Program-made: the position numbers and the translations under genes
Notes under the pieces: generated by a model
The model's input: the letters and a program-made list of their open reading frames with translations, nothing else
Told to the model about the DNA's origin: nothing
The model's database searches: none
Shown: positions 9,812 through 21,331 of the stretch, piece after piece
How positions within the stretch are numbered: the first letter of the stretch is position 1
How the letters are laid out: every line of letters begins with the position of its first letter
Source of the DNA: Candidatus Bathyarchaeota archaeon
Lineage (GTDB): Archaea > Thermoproteota > Bathyarchaeia > Bathyarchaeales > Bathycorpusculaceae
Direction: 5' to 3'
DNA length: 64,000 nt
NCBI GenBank assembly: GCA_963827165.1
Contig: CAWGZR010000009.1
Coordinates: 160,001 to 224,000 of the forward strand

Positions 9812-10973
9812 TTACTGGGTTACTGAGTGGTACCAGCTGATTATGTATTCGGGCAGGTTTAGGCCTCTTTGACCGAGCCTTTCAGCAAGCTTAACCGGGA
9901 CTGGACTTAAGGCGAAAGCTGCTCTTGTATAGAATCGCCTTGGGGTGAGTGGTTGGGCTTCTTCGGGAAGGATAAGTTTGAGGTCGGCTTTCTTTGCCAG
10001 TGTTGAATCCTTGGCGCTTGTTATTGCGAAGACAGTTCCAGCGAATTTTTTGATGACGTCAGCCCAAATGATCACGGGTCTTGTTTCGCCCGAATAGGAA
10101 ATTAAGATTTCAAGGTCGCCTGCCCTTGGATGGGGAGTGTTGACGCCTCGGGTGATGTAGACGTTGTCGCCAAGGAAGCTTTTGATGTGGAAAAGTCTGA
10201 CGCCCGTCATTTTGGCGATTTCGTTAGCTGTGCCTTTTCCGCCGAGGAAAACGTTTGTTCGTTTCTCTAGCAAATCGACAAGCTGAGTGTAGGTCTCAGA
10301 GTTAACGTTTGAATCTATGATGTCGCCGATCTTTTCAAGTTCGTCAACACAAAGTTGGAAAACTTCTTCAACTTCCAGGTTTCGGAAGACGGCTTCAACC
10401 ATGCTGTTCAAAAGTTCAAGCGTTCCTAACTCAAATATGTCGCCCATCATTCCTGTTTCGCTGTACTCGGTGCCGGGTTTTGATTTGCCGCGGCCTTTAA
10501 GCTCAACTACGTTTCCGTATTTGCTGACTATGTCTCCCAACGGGGAATCAGGGGCAGAAGTGAATAGACCCATGGAGAACTTGTTTGTTTTTTTCTCTTC
10601 AATGTACTGTGCTAAATCCTGCGCCATCACCAATGGGTCGTCAGAGTAGCCGCTGCCGCTGTTAATAAGAAGCAACGTTCTCTTGTACCTGCTTGCAAGG
10701 TCAGCTGCGGCGTCGTACATGCTTTTTCCGGGGAACCCTGGGTCATCAGGAGTTAAAACTACTTTGTTTCGCCAGCCTGCTTGGCTTAGCGCGATTTGAC
10801 TTAAGGCAGCGTTTAGCGAGTAAAGTGACCTGCCTGATCCGCCACAGATTACGCAGTCAGCAGCTTTTAACTCGTTAAAAAGGGGTGAAAGCTCTCTGTG
10901 CTTAATGCTAAGAATGTTTTCTTGGATTTTGTTAACGTACCCGATGCTGCTGATTTTGCTCTTGATCCCAACA
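9812..10973 (-). CDS. Tandem SIS-domain sugar-phosphate isomerase-like protein (hexulose-6-phosphate isomerase related)
   Basis: Frame continues open upstream of the annotated ATG (CGGSGRS...INSGSG; second SIS domain GGKGTA...ISYSGET). The likely TTG start after GGGGG is one base out of frame. Confidence 0.7.
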
Positions 10974-11156
10974 ACCCCCAGTGCAAAAACATGATTTAAC
11001 GATTCAGTATATTATCCTTGCGCTCAGTAGCATGTAAAAAAACCAAGCGCCCTGCCTAAAGGTAAACTCGCGATTTCTTGACGACGTTTTCCCTGTGGCT
11101 TCGCTAAACGTTTATATTAAAAGAAACATTCAGGCAAAGAGCTAAGTGAAAAAATA

Positions 11157-11794
11157 ATGTCTGCCAAAACAAGTGAAGAGAAATTTCAATTTCTTGCTAA
11201 ATTAGCTTTGGAGAAAGGTGCCGCGGACGCCAAAATTATATCCGCCAACAAAGTTGTCGTTGAAGACCGCGTGGTTCTCAAATGCAAAATCGGCTGCAGC
11301 AACTACGGTAAAACCTTAGCTTGTCCACCATTACACGCCTTCTGCTGAGGAATTCAGGAAAATCGTTGCCGAATACAAATATGCCGTTTTCATGAAGTTC
11401 AAGTCTAAGGCTGCTGCTGACCCTGAGATTCTGAAAAACTTGAACATGGCTGAATCTGACTCAACCGTTGCAAAGGAAGTTAAGGAAGGTGTTGCGAAGT
11501 TTTGGGCTGACTGGAAAGAAGATAAGAAAAACGATGCTTCAGGCAGTGGTTGATTTGGAGAAGGCAGCTATGAAGGAAGGCTACAGCTTGGCCGTAGCGT
11601 TCGTTTCGGGAACCTGCCAACTTTGCGAGAAATGCAACACTCAAACCAGGATTTGTTTGCACCCCGAGTTGGCGCGTTGGTCAGAAGACGCCGTCGGAGT
11701 AAACGTGAAGAAAACCGCAGCCAACGCCGGGAATCGAAGTCACTTTCCATTCACAAAGAACCCTGAATCCTTCGCCTTGCTACTCATAGACTAA
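11157..11794 (+). CDS. DUF2284-like Cys-rich metal-binding protein, frameshifted
   Basis: LKCKIGCSNYGKTLACPP in one frame and GTCQLCEKC...CLHPELAR..EDAVGVNV in another. At least two indels. Confidence 0.7.
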
Positions 11795-11857
11795 ACGCCT
11801 ATAGCGCTTAGCAGTTCGAAAGTTTTCAGCGTTACGAAAAGTTAAGCGAAGGAAACA

Positions 11858-12961
11858 TCAAAACCCTTCTATCTCGAGTCTTTTGAGGAAAGCACCCAAT
11901 TTTTCCCATGTTGGATGTTTTCCTTCGGGATCTGACAGGTAGCAGGCTGCAACCGCATTCGCCAACGTCAATCGGCACATGTCTGAAAGACCGTTGCGGT
12001 CGCCGACAATATTACCTGCTGTCCAAGCATCGCCCGCGCCCGTTGCCCGAAGCACCTTAACCCTGAAAGTGGGCGCAACAACCTCCGTTTTTCCCTTCAA
12101 AGTAGCCGAAAAAGCTGTAGGTGTGCAAATCAATTCGCGCCTTCAGATACTCTCGCCAAAACCCTTGCTGCCTCCATCGCCAACTCCTCAAACGGCAAAT
12201 GCTTTTTTTTGTCGTCAAAAGCGCTGTCAAGCAGGCGAGCATACACAATGGCTTCGTTCTCGTTCAGGCTCAAAATGTCGATTAGGTCGGAGTTGAAGGA
12301 TTTTCTTGATTAAGTCAGGAACGCGCCGCGAGGTTTGGCGTTGGGTCGGCGGTGTCATAATAAGTTTTTCCTTTTCCCTGTTTTTTGGTTCGGCTAAAAA
12401 CTGTCTGGGCGAGTTGTGTGCCATTTTTCGTGTGCCAGCCCAATTGAAAAGGCATGTATAGTCCGCATCTTCTATGTCTGCGTAATCGTCTTCGTTGAGG
12501 TCGTCTGGTCCGAAATCGGCCAGGGCGCCTAAGTCGCGTATCATAACGTTTGTTTTTGTGTCTTTGTTCTTGAACTCCAACGCGGTAGTTATCGAAGCTT
12601 TGCCCAAACCTTAACGTGTGAAAGTGTCGACTTCCGTGCCTCTGAAATAGTACTTTAATCTGCTGCAGTCCCCACTCGCTTGTGCACACAATCGGCGTAA
12701 CCTCTGGCTCCCAAGGTTTGCCAGGGCCGATGCCACATTAATTGCGTTTCCACCTTGCATGTCAGTTTGGGGAACGCCGTCTATGCTGCCGCCTTTGCGT
12801 TTTGCAACATCCCCGATTAACCGCGAAAACTCCTTGTGGATTCCAATCCAGGTTGATTAGACGGTCAAGGAAAAAATCAGGTAGAACCGTGACTTTGCAT
12901 TCTTTTCGGCTGTCTGGCTTTACGAGATTTTCCAGTTCTTTTTTGCATTCACAATGGACAT
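11858..12961 (-). CDS. PfkB-family carbohydrate kinase, multiply frameshifted
   Basis: Fragments VLPDFFLD, YYDTADP and C-terminal ATGAGDAWTAG lie in different frames. Confidence 0.75.
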
Positions 12962-13054
12962 GAGGCTGCTCCTAAGCGGGTATTTCCAAAAAGCTTAAAA
13001 CAGCCTATCCATTAAAAGGTTGTCTAGTGGGAAAAGGAGATTGGGGTAAGGCAT

Positions 13055-13310
13055 TTGAAGTTCAAAACGGAAGTTTGTCTTCTGTCGCTTGCGCTTTCAT
13101 TGTTCGTGGTTAGCGCTTTCTTCTATTCATACCAAACGGGTAACACAAGCGTTGACGTTAAACTGGGGGACTTACCCATATCAGGGCTACAGCCTTGCGT
13201 TGGTTGCTTTCGGCTCGGTTTTAACTCTGGTTGCTTTTGTTTCTTATTCAAAACGCGGCAAAAGTATTTACATTGAAACTCTTGATTTTTCATGCGAGGA
13301 TAAATCTGAA
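13055..13310 (+). CDS. Small two-TM membrane protein, frameshifted; end uncertain
   Basis: Hydrophobic helix 1 is in ORF 13055 and helix 2 (YPYQGYSLALVAFGSVL) is in ORF 13089. Confidence 0.45.
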
Positions 13311-14145
13311 CTAGCATCCATAACAAAGTCCCCGCCATACAGGGCGACGATTAGGCCTGCTGTAATGAATATGAGCATGGGTAATCCTGGGGTTGCCCAA
13401 ACGTAAGTGTCGATTTTTCCTGCTTGAGCGGCGTTAGATAACCGTTCAACGATTCCGTCTCGTCCATCCTCGCTTGGAATAACCACCAGTTTCCGTTTTG
13501 GTTCGCTTTCGCCTTCAGTTTCAACGTCTTCCATTGGGAAAATGTGCCATTTTTCTTTCAATTTCGCAATAGCTCATTTTGTAGCCTGTTATCAGGATAA
13601 GGATTTTCTTCCCAAGCTGACTCATGGGCGAGGGTACCGGTGAACATTTCTTTCCCGTTTTTCTTGTGCCAAACATAATTGCGAAGAATCATGTAAACGC
13701 AGCTTGCTGCGGCAAACAAGACGCCATTGCTGAAGATGGTCATTGGGTAAATGACCTGGGAGACAGGTGACAGGCTATTTGCTATGACGGGCGTGAAGAG
13801 TGCAACTGGAGCAAAAGGCAAGGAAAAGGCAATGCACATAAGTGCTTTTGAGTCGGCGCCGCCGAATGCGCCTGTATAGAAAAGCAGAAACGCTAAGCCG
13901 ACAGTGAAGCCCACGCTAACTCCGAAGAGAATAATTTTGGAGCCCACGCTAACTCCGAAAAGAACAATTTTGGATTGGTCAAAGAGCAGAAGGTCGGATA
14001 CGCTAAGAGCAATCGCTATTGGCGCATAGATCGCCCAAACCCAGTTGCTGACTTCTCGGGTTTTGTAGTCGCTCCAAGACGAGTAAAGCAGGATAGCTAA
14101 GGTAACTGCTACCTGTGACCCGATTAGGAGCATTTGATAGTTCAA
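13268..14145 (-). CDS. A24-family prepilin/preflagellin peptidase (PibD/FlaK-like), frameshifted near 13600
   Basis: SWSDYKTREV and FGGADSKAL aspartate motifs. The C-terminal VWATPGLPMLIFI lies in the downstream ORF. Confidence 0.88.
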
Positions 14146-14233
14146 TTTGCCACCTTTCGTTTAAACTGGACTTTAATGCCATTTAAGTAATATGAAAATT
14201 AAATACTTAGCGTAAATAAGATTAAAAAAATGG

Positions 14234-17200
14234 TTAGTTGCCGCATGTCATATCGATGATAGGCGGCATTTCAGCAAGCACCCAAAGTCCAGGCTGAGGC
14301 CAATTGTAGATCGGAACCGAGTTGAACTGTCAAACGTCACGACGGCGCCGATACCATGAGACATCTAAAGCGTTTTGGAAAGTCACTGAATTGAGCGTTA
14401 CTGGAAGTAGCGAGATTGTTTGGGTTGCAGCGTTTGCGCTCAATGCGCCTCTTGGCGTTGCAGGTGACATGCTGTCGAAAACGTAGAGCCCATGGTTAAA
14501 TGCGTCAGTGTACATTATACCTGCGCCAGTGTTTCCGTTTATGAATTCGCTCCAATGATGCACCCAAGTTTGTGCGGCGCTGAAGACTTGAGTTCCGCTT
14601 GCAACTACAGGGTCGCCTTGAGATGTTCCGTTTTCAGTCTGCAGATGTGCTGATAGAAGAAGATAGGGAGAGTGGGCATAGCGAGCTTATTGTGCGAGAT
14701 TGGCGTTGAGCTAGGAACATGAGGCTGAGTTGGTAAGTGAAGTAGGTGGCGTTCGCGGGCAACGTTAGCACGATATCGGCGTAAAAGTTAGGGCAATTAG
14801 TTACTCCGCCGCTCCATTCCGCTTCCTGTTGGACTACGTCACGAACAACCCCATTGTATATCACGTAGTCTATTCCTGATCCGTAAGTGCTCGTCTGCGA
14901 GTTAATCTGCTGCATGAAAGTCGCCTTATCCGTGGTACCGCTTCCAACCAAAGTTGACGTTGCAGTAAATGGGGTGACTCCGAATTGGAGGTTAAGCTGC
15001 CCGTTACTAAGAAAGTTACCGTTTGGGTTGTCACTCCCAAAGTGGCTATCAGTGTATGCTAATGGGGTTTGAACTGCTGGGCTGCTGCCGTTCCACCAAA
15101 GCGTGAAGGCTGAGACGTGGGTATTCACAAGAAAAACAACCATTTGCCTGTTACCGAACACCGTCGAATTGTCTGTTAACCCCAACGGAATGGTGTAGGA
15201 TGAAGCCCAATCTTCAATTTGGAAAGGAACTTGCTCGTTTTTCCCATTTATAGTTTCGTTAACATGCAACGCTTTCACTGGAACCGGCGGAACAGGAATC
15301 AATTGTGTAGTAACCTGCAAATTTTGCCCCAGCCAAATCATCGTTCCATTCTGGAGAAGTTCCACAGCGACGGTCGCAGCTGGATTGTTTAATGCCAAGA
15401 ATAAGTCTTGGTCCGATTCGGGTCTTATCAAAACGGATGCAACCGGCCAACTGTTCTGCGCCGTGTCGCCTGTCTTGGTGAATTTCAATGTGAAAGTCGT
15501 TGAGCCTGAAGTCAAATAGGAATTAATGGACATGTTATTCCAGCCACTGACGAGTCCCGATGAGAGAGTCTGCCATGAAGATGTTGCCGTGTTCCAAGCA
15601 TCGACAGCCACTTGGTTCGAGCCCATGGTGCCTGCATCTATGCAGAGCGCGGGGTGAAGCAGAGTTGTCATGTTTAGGTTTGTCCATTGTTCTTCAAGAT
15701 TAAGTGCGTAAGTAGCAACACCACTTGTAAAGGTAGATGAATCCACGTTTATGTTAAAAGGCGCCGAATTTGTTACGGTTAATCGCATCTTCCAGTTTCC
15801 AATGGCATCTCGGAACTGGGTAGGCGTGGTGGTGATAGTTTGGGGATTTTGCGTTATCGTTGTTCCCAAGGTCGCAGTGAAATATCCGTTGTTCCCGCTG
15901 CTGGGATACTGGCTTGATGCGTAGTTGTAAAGTTGAAAGACGGCAGCTGAATTAGCAACCGTTGAGTCAGCATCTAATTGCCATAAAAGCGTGTTCCAAG
16001 TGTTCAAATTAGAGGCGCCTGAAAGCTCTGCCTCACAAGTGTATTGACCCGGAACCAATATGTTGCCTATGCTCGTTTGCTGTGAAGTTAATAGTCCACT
16101 GTTATCAATCATCAAGTAGGCGTTGGTGGAATCGGTGGTTGATACGCTTGTGTAATAATCTATTTCGAGATAGTCTGTTTGGCTTACGACGGTGTAGGCT
16201 GGAAAGCTGTAGGTCCCTGAAAGTGTGGAGGCAGAAGTTGTCAAAGCCCCGGAGAGAGCTACACCGGTAGCTAGAGTTGTCCTCACTGTACCGCTTGTTT
16301 CCCTTATGAGAATGGTCGCGTCGATTTTTCCAACGGCCGCAGTCGCTACAGGATTAATGACTACTGCGAGGCAGACGTAGCCGACGCTTGACGCTCCAGT
16401 TTGCCAGCTTGAGGTTACTGATCCAACAGAGGGGTTTATCTCGTCTACTCCTTGTCCCTTGTAGTTCTGCCCTGTTTGGCTCCATCTTGAGGTTGGGCCA
16501 CTGTTAGCCGTTAGAGTATATGATGAAGTTGAATAGGTTCCTATGCTGGCATAAACCGCCTGACCCACGCTAGTTGTTGAAACTGAAACTGATTGAGTTT
16601 GGCCATAGTTCGGTGTGGTATTTGAGGTTTGAATGGGGTTTGATGTGTTCACATTTGAGTATGAAGCGGCTCCTCCTACCGCGTAAGTGCTGCTTGAAGT
16701 TCCGGCCAGACTGACTTGGATAGTGTGGCTGCCGGAGGGCGGATTAACTAGGTAGTAAATGTAAGAGTGGACTTGCGGATTTGTGTTGGAAGTATATACA
16801 TTGCTTGGTCCCGGAGTCATTTGTACGTTGTCATAGGTTGGAAGGGAAGAGATTGTTGGGGGAGCCGATGAAGAACTCCCAGCTCTTGACGTCGAAATTG
16901 TGACAACTAGAAGACGATTGCTGCCGCTTCCAACCGTGTGGCTCCATGATAATGAAGAACTTCCGCTGGATGTTGTTGATGACTGCGCATCGTAAGCTAC
17001 TGTTGAAACGGAGTCTTTCCATGCACGGTAGTTAAATGTCCAAGTGTTTGCGGGTAAGGATGCGATTCCTTGGAGACTGTACACTACCTTGCCTAAGAGT
17101 GCGCTGGAAGTTGACATGGATGCGGATAGGGTCAGTCCTGAAGATGTTGCGCCTGATGTTGAGTAACTATAGTAGTTTGCCCCGTTGATGCTGGTTGTTG

Positions 17201-18266
17201 ACTGGTGGGAGTAGAGTGTTTGGGACGTTGTTGAGCTTAGGTAGCTTCCGAACGTCATGTAGGCCCCGTCGTCGCTTACCAGATTGCTGGGCGAACCTGA
17301 GACAAGTGTTGTTGAACCGTCCAGTGTGTAGCTCGCTGGATGGTAGGGTTGAGTGTTTGTTGCTGCATTTGCTTCTGTTAATGTGTCAAATTTGCCGTTT
17401 AGTGGTATCTGTTGAATTGTGGAGTTACTGTGTGATCCCTGATCCAAAATTCCATCAACTTGGGTGTCGAACTGTTTCACGTAGTATCCGCCGCTTTGCG
17501 ATGTGGCGTTAAAGTCGAGTGTTCCTGTGTAGTGACTAAAAGATGAGGCTGCAACCATTATGCCGCGTGAATCTTGCACCTGAATAATGTAGGATTGAGG
17601 GTTGATTTGAGGTGGAACCGAGATGGTATAGGTTCCGTCGCTTGAAACGACTGGTGAGCTTGGCGGATTCACCATTCCCCATGTTAAGTTGGAGTCGATG
17701 TACTGGTAGAATTTGAAGCTGGATGTGCCCAAACTGACAACAGGCTGATCGCCGTCTTGGGTAACTGTTAAGCTCACTTGGTTATTTGATGGTGAATGTA
17801 AGACTTGGACATTTAGTTCAGATGATATCGAGTAGGCGATGCCGTAGACGCCTAGTCCGGTGAGGTCGTAGGTGACGTTTAAGCTTCCTTGGCTGAAACT
17901 TGAATTTGTAAACCAGTTAGTGCCAAGTGACAGGGTGGTAACCTTGAAGGATGTGCCCCACTTGGGGTTTACGTTGACTATGTTGTTTAGGCCGCTGTTA
18001 AGGTAGCTGTCCGATTGGTCGTAAGCATAAGAAGAGTTCCCGGTAACCTGCAAAACGGAGCCGTAGTAGCCGACGGTGAAGCCCAGCACCTGTTTCAGCG
18101 ACAAATTGGTTTCGTCGACTGCGCTCATGATTTGCGGGTTTGTTTGAGGGTCGTTGTAACGTATTGTGGAGTAAGTCATCATGACACTTGTAATGAGGAT
18201 AACTGCGACGAAAAGCGAGGCAATAATTGAAAACTGCCCTTTCCTATTCGTTCTTATTCGCATCAT
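14234..18266 (-). CDS. Giant type IV pilin-like adhesin, about 1350 aa when the 3' frameshifts are joined
   Basis: Class III signal RKG|QFSII followed by a hydrophobic helix, then a Ser/Thr-rich beta body. The reading continues past 14634 via indels to ...PGLWVLAEMPPIIDMTCGN* at 14234. Confidence 0.75.
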
Positions 18267-19592
18267 TTATGTGCCTCCAACCAAACCAAGCTGCAAAACA
18301 ACCAGACGCGTAGTATCGTAGCTGTTGAAGTCTGAACTGTAGATTCTTGGGTGATAATCGCAGAGCAAACCGAGGGCCGTAAGCCTGATGTCGGGAGTTC
18401 GGGTTAAACCCAGAGCGTAGAATCCGCCTTGATACTGCTGTTTCCCATTGACGGTTTCGATGTGTCTGTAGACGGCGCCTGGATTGTAGCCGCCTGCAGT
18501 GTTGAAAACGTAGGTTGACACTGCAAGATGGAACTGGGATAGGATCGAAGTTGAGAGTGCACGAGTCGATGTCTGATATGTTGATGGATAGATGCCATAG
18601 TAGTTGCAGTCTGTGACGGCTTCATTTGACAAGTTTACGACGCCAGGAGCACCTGTTGAGCTGTCGCCCGGTGTATACACTTGGTTATCTATTCCTTCAA
18701 GAAACGCGTTTAGCCCTGGGTCCCCGACCATGTTCATGCCGTATATGCCCCAGCTGTTTTGGCTGTTAGCAAACAAAGCGGTGTTAGTGACATAATAAAA
18801 CGGCCAACCCACAATGCTAGTCCACGTCCAATTGTACTGGTTTACTTTTTGACCTAAAAGATAACAATAGTTTGCATACCCATTGGATGAGTAGGGAGAA
18901 CCAGAAAACGCAGTTGGAATCGGAACAGCTTCTCCACATGTGTTGATTATGACTGCGTTTTGAAGAGTTTCGCCATGAAGAGGCGTTCCATTCAATAACT
19001 CCCCAAGTTGAGCCGTGTTTTGGACTACAATGGTGCGAGCAAAGTAGGGTGAGAGCAGGTTGTAGAGGTCAGCCGCTAGGCTTTGTGCACTGTAACCAGT
19101 AATCCACCAGCCGTTCGAGTCACTGCAATTCAGAATATACAAGGTAATCCCGCCGCCGCCATTTGCGGTTTCACCAATTTTCTGCGGAGTAGGATTAAAC
19201 GTAACGTTGGAGGAAGAAACAAGATAGGACGAGGCATCTGAACTAACTCCTAAGTTTGCTGCATTCGATATGGATTCTTTAGAAGTGTACAGGCTATTGC
19301 CGCCGCCTCCGTTGTTCACGTCGTAAACCGTCAGGTTGTAGATGATGTTAGGCGGCAAGGATGCAGAAAGAGCAACTTGCAGATTGTCCCATGCAGTTAC
19401 GTTCCCAGTGTCAAATGCAGCTTCGCTTAAGTCGTTGCCTGAATTCAAAGTCTCCATAGTGGTGAGCGAGAGACGCCCCAAATCCAGCGGAGACACTTGA
19501 CGAGGCCAAGGCAAAACAGCAAAATAGGATGTCGCAATAAAAGCGCCTGTCAATATGACAATTACCATTAAGACTTCAACGGTACGCATCAT
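18267..19592 (-). CDS. Minor pilin-like protein
   Basis: MMRTVEVLMVIVIL N-terminal helix and C-terminal RLVVLQL. Translationally coupled within the pilus operon. Confidence 0.7.
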   Translation of the reverse strand: MMRTVEVLMVIVILTGAFIATSYFAVLPWPRQVSPLDLGRLSLTTMETLNSGNDLSEAAFDTGNVTAWDNLQVALSASLPPNIIYNLTVYDVNNGGGGNSLYTSKESISNAANLGVSSDASSYLVSSSNVTFNPTPQKIGETANGGGGITLYILNCSDSNGWWITGYSAQSLAADLYNLLSPYFARTIVVQNTAQLGELLNGTPLHGETLQNAVIINTCGEAVPIPTAFSGSPYSSNGYANYCYLLGQKVNQYNWTWTSIVGWPFYYVTNTALFANSQNSWGIYGMNMVGDPGLNAFLEGIDNQVYTPGDSSTGAPGVVNLSNEAVTDCNYYGIYPSTYQTSTRALSTSILSQFHLAVSTYVFNTAGGYNPGAVYRHIETVNGKQQYQGGFYALGLTRTPDIRLTALGLLCDYHPRIYSSDFNSYDTTRLVVLQLGLVGGT

Positions 19593-20824
19593 TAGCCAGT
19601 CACCTGTACTGCCTGGGTGCTCCAAAGCGAAAGCTTTGCCTGATAGGCAACGTCGCCAACCATAACTTGACGCAGATCGGTTGCAACCCACTCCTGCTGC
19701 GACGGATTCCCGCCATAATTCACTGGAAACTCCAGCGAACTTAAGCCCCAAGGCATGATTACTACGCCGCCTAAACTGCTACTTTCCTGATAGGTAAGTA
19801 TCAAAACTCCTGTCGTACAATTTGGCAAAGTAACATTTTCCGTTGGGTTTCCCACGCCTGACACAACGGATCCATAGGTTCTGCTGCCGGAGCCAAGGGA
19901 CAATTCACTAAGGGTGTAATCTTGGGTTGAAATCACGAAAGTTGCATTGTACTTTAATGTGGCTGTCGCTGCATTCGAGTCATTCAAATCATAATTGTGC
20001 GCTAAAACCACCGTTTGTGAACCTACATCTTCAACAGCGGGGACCAGATACTGGTCGGATTCTGAGACACGAGTGTGGTAACCGACTCCGACGATACCGT
20101 CTAAATGAGCGTAGGCAATGAACGCGTAAACCTCAGTTGAACTCGTTACAGTTGGGAAGACAAGTGAAGCCTCACCTTGCGAGTTCGTGGTTGTAGTGCC
20201 GTTTAGCAAAGTATACGATGGGTATTGGGCTTGGGTATTACCTAAAGAGACCAAGAAAAGACACCAATTTACCTCTGCATTCGAAAAAGGAAAACTTGCA
20301 CCGGACGCGCTCAAAGATAGGGTCAACGGCGAACTAGAATGTGTTTCAGAAACCGACACTGTAACGTCAGGGGTCAGCGAAAGTTGGAAGCCGTAGGTGC
20401 CGTTAATCCCAAGCAGCGTCAACGCGTTAGAGTAGTTTAAAGCTTGTGCGTTCGATGTCATTAAAACCGCTCCAGCCGATGGCGTGACCTCCGTGTAAAG
20501 CGTGTTTGGGGTCTTATCGTATTCGAGAAGGTCTCCTGTTGCGTCTAGTCGCATAAGCGAAAGTGCACTCACCTGGTACTCGGTGAACTCTGGATCTTGC
20601 ACGCCGAAGCTCGTAGGAGCCACATTGCTTTGGCCCCAATAGTTTGGGCTACCAGGGTTAAGCAACATTTCATCGAGAAGGTCACTGCATTTTGTGGCAG
20701 TTGCTTGGTGTTCCTGATAGATAACTGCGGTTTGGATCGTTTGGCCGAAGAGAGTGACGAAAAGCAATATAGCCGCTAGGAAAATGATTATTGAAACTAT
20801 GTGGTCTATCGATACGCTTGACAA
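19592..20824 (-). CDS. Minor pilin-like protein
   Basis: MSSVSIDHIVSIIIF helix and LLNPGSPNYW motif typical of archaeal pilus-associated proteins. Confidence 0.7.
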   Translation of the reverse strand: MSSVSIDHIVSIIIFLAAILLFVTLFGQTIQTAVIYQEHQATATKCSDLLDEMLLNPGSPNYWGQSNVAPTSFGVQDPEFTEYQVSALSLMRLDATGDLLEYDKTPNTLYTEVTPSAGAVLMTSNAQALNYSNALTLLGINGTYGFQLSLTPDVTVSVSETHSSSPLTLSLSASGASFPFSNAEVNWCLFLVSLGNTQAQYPSYTLLNGTTTTNSQGEASLVFPTVTSSTEVYAFIAYAHLDGIVGVGYHTRVSESDQYLVPAVEDVGSQTVVLAHNYDLNDSNAATATLKYNATFVISTQDYTLSELSLGSGSRTYGSVVSGVGNPTENVTLPNCTTGVLILTYQESSSLGGVVIMPWGLSSLEFPVNYGGNPSQQEWVATDLRQVMVGDVAYQAKLSLWSTQAVQVTG

Positions 20825-20838
20825 TGTTTTGTCCTCCG

Positions 20839-21327
20839 TTAGCTGCCAAAAGACAGCTGGATTATTTGGTTAGGGAATTTCTGGGCGATTAAGCAGGCTG
20901 TTGGCGGGTTACCTATTAGTTCTGAGTTTAGCCACTGGACGTTTTGCCCCAACGTTACTTCAGTTGAGGTTGAAAGATGCTTGCCAACTAAGCTTACTGT
21001 TACAGTGAGCACTTCGCATGCTCCGTAATCAGAGTTCGAAACCGCGTGCAACGAAGCGAGAGCCGTGTAATTGTAGCCTTCTATTGTCGCGGCGAAAGGA
21101 AAGGTGCTGTTGAATTTGCAGCTCAGAATTGAAGTGTGATTGAGGGAAAGGTAAGTTTGTTCGATAACGCTGCCTAAGCTGCTGGCCGTCTGCTGAAGTT
21201 CAAGAGTCTGACGGTCACCAGTCCATTGACCCATCGCTACGCTGACGAACATGGGGAAGAGGAAAATCTGTAGTATCAGAACCGGAATCAGAATCATGTA
21301 TTCAAGAGTAGGCTGCATTGATGTCAC
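20839..21327 (-). CDS. TadE-like minor pilin
   Basis: QPTLEYMILIPVL N-terminal helix. Confidence 0.65.
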   Translation of the reverse strand: MTSMQPTLEYMILIPVLILQIFLFPMFVSVAMGQWTGDRQTLELQQTASSLGSVIEQTYLSLNHTSILSCKFNSTFPFAATIEGYNYTALASLHAVSNSDYGACEVLTVTVSLVGKHLSTSTEVTLGQNVQWLNSELIGNPPTACLIAQKFPNQIIQLSFGS

Positions 21328-21331
21328 TCCA

